Shown piece after piece: positions 23,807 through 24,243 of a DNA stretch of 24,243 nt; positions within the stretch are counted from its first letter, which is position 1, and each line of letters begins with the position of its first letter. Origin of the DNA: a virus (Duplodnaviria > Caudoviricetes). The notes beneath the pieces are model-generated. The model was not told the origin of the DNA. It worked only from the letters and a program-made list of their open reading frames with translations, and did no database searches. The stretch spans positions 1 to 24,243 of the IMG/VR virus record IMGVR_UViG_3300048886_000802. One strand, written 5' to 3'. Made by a program: the position numbers and the translations under genes.

Positions 23807-24243
23807 ATGCCAAAGTTTGTAGAGCGCATTAGCGCACAGAAGTTCTCGTCCGCCGCCTCAACGGCCCTCGACGTATTTGTTACAGACGACTCAAACGCCC
23901 GTGTAGCGGTTGACGCTGGCGGGAAGATCACCTGGGGGTCTGGTTCCGCTACTGGTGATGTAACTCTATACAGGTCCGCTGCAAACACTCTCAAGACTGA
24001 CGACACTCTTGAAGCCGCTAGTGGTGTCGTCACGCTGGCTACCGATGGTGCCCCCTCCGCAGCCCTGGCCAATGGTGCTATCGCTGTCGATACTACGAAT
24101 GACACTTTCTATTTCCGGTCTAGCGGTTCATGGCAGGAGGTGTCTGGCGGTGGAGCGAGCCTCACTGTTTCTGATACTCCCCCCTCCGCCCCCGAAGCAG
24201 GCAACCTCTGGTTCGAATCAGATACCGGAAACACATTGGTCTA
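23807..24243 (+). CDS. Virion fibre-like protein, 3'-truncated (not in ORF track)
   Basis: MPKFVERISAQKF..GKITWGSG..DVTLYRSAANTLKTDD..VSDTPPSAPEAGNLWFESDTG, open to the window edge. Confidence 0.75.
   Translation, partial: MPKFVERISAQKFSSAASTALDVFVTDDSNARVAVDAGGKITWGSGSATGDVTLYRSAANTLKTDDTLEAASGVVTLATDGAPSAALANGAIAVDTTNDTFYFRSSGSWQEVSGGGASLTVSDTPPSAPEAGNLWFESDTGNTLV

Larger units (their letters stand above)
1..24243 (+). mobile_element. Tailed dsDNA bacteriophage genome segment (HK97-type head), probable actinobacterial host
   Basis: Portal, prohead protease, major capsid, neck genes, endolysin, SSB, exonuclease and WhiB are present; no bacterial housekeeping genes, integrase or att site are visible. 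Confidence 0.95.

Noticed and set aside
2636-24105. Numerous long minus-strand or alternate-frame ORFs (e.g. 5717-6424, 6895-7551, 18380-18982, 23746-24105)
   Set aside because: Shadow ORFs of well-supported plus-strand genes in GC-rich DNA, with no motifs or initiation signals.
1-24243. tRNA/rRNA genes, integrase/att site, introns or inteins, stop-codon recoding
   Set aside because: No cloverleaf, recombinase or splicing motifs recognised by eye; genes are intact under the standard code and all three stops are used.

Overview
This is a 24.2-kb segment of a tailed dsDNA phage with an HK97-type head. The host is very probably actinobacterial, judged from WhiB, an EEPPF-tailed SSB, an FmdB-like Zn ribbon and many leaderless promoters. 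Left arm (1-10.4 kb): the end of a lysis cassette, a reverse-strand PL14-like polysaccharide lyase, a HIT hydrolase, a GHKL-ATPase/HExxH fusion, a two-domain beta-clamp homolog, a PD-(D/E)xK exonuclease, a LexA-like DNA-binding domain, SSB and small hypotheticals. Right arm (10.4-24.2 kb): portal fused to a MuF/gp7-like domain, prohead protease with a nested scaffold-like ORF, an inserted HTH-metallophosphoesterase cassette, major capsid, an HNH/lysozyme-like/WhiB insert, neck genes and fibre-like virion proteins. No terminase, tail tube, tape measure or integrase is recognisable in the window. Best candidates for new biology: (1) a complete dnaX-style -1 frameshift signal at the portal/MuF junction that would give both a short portal and a portal-MuF fusion; (2) RNA stems straddling internal promoters that would translationally insulate the cassette inserted in the head operon; (3) the GHKL-zincin plus truncated sliding-clamp gene pair behind a CRP-like site. 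All family calls come from reading motifs by eye; no database searches or folding computations were run.
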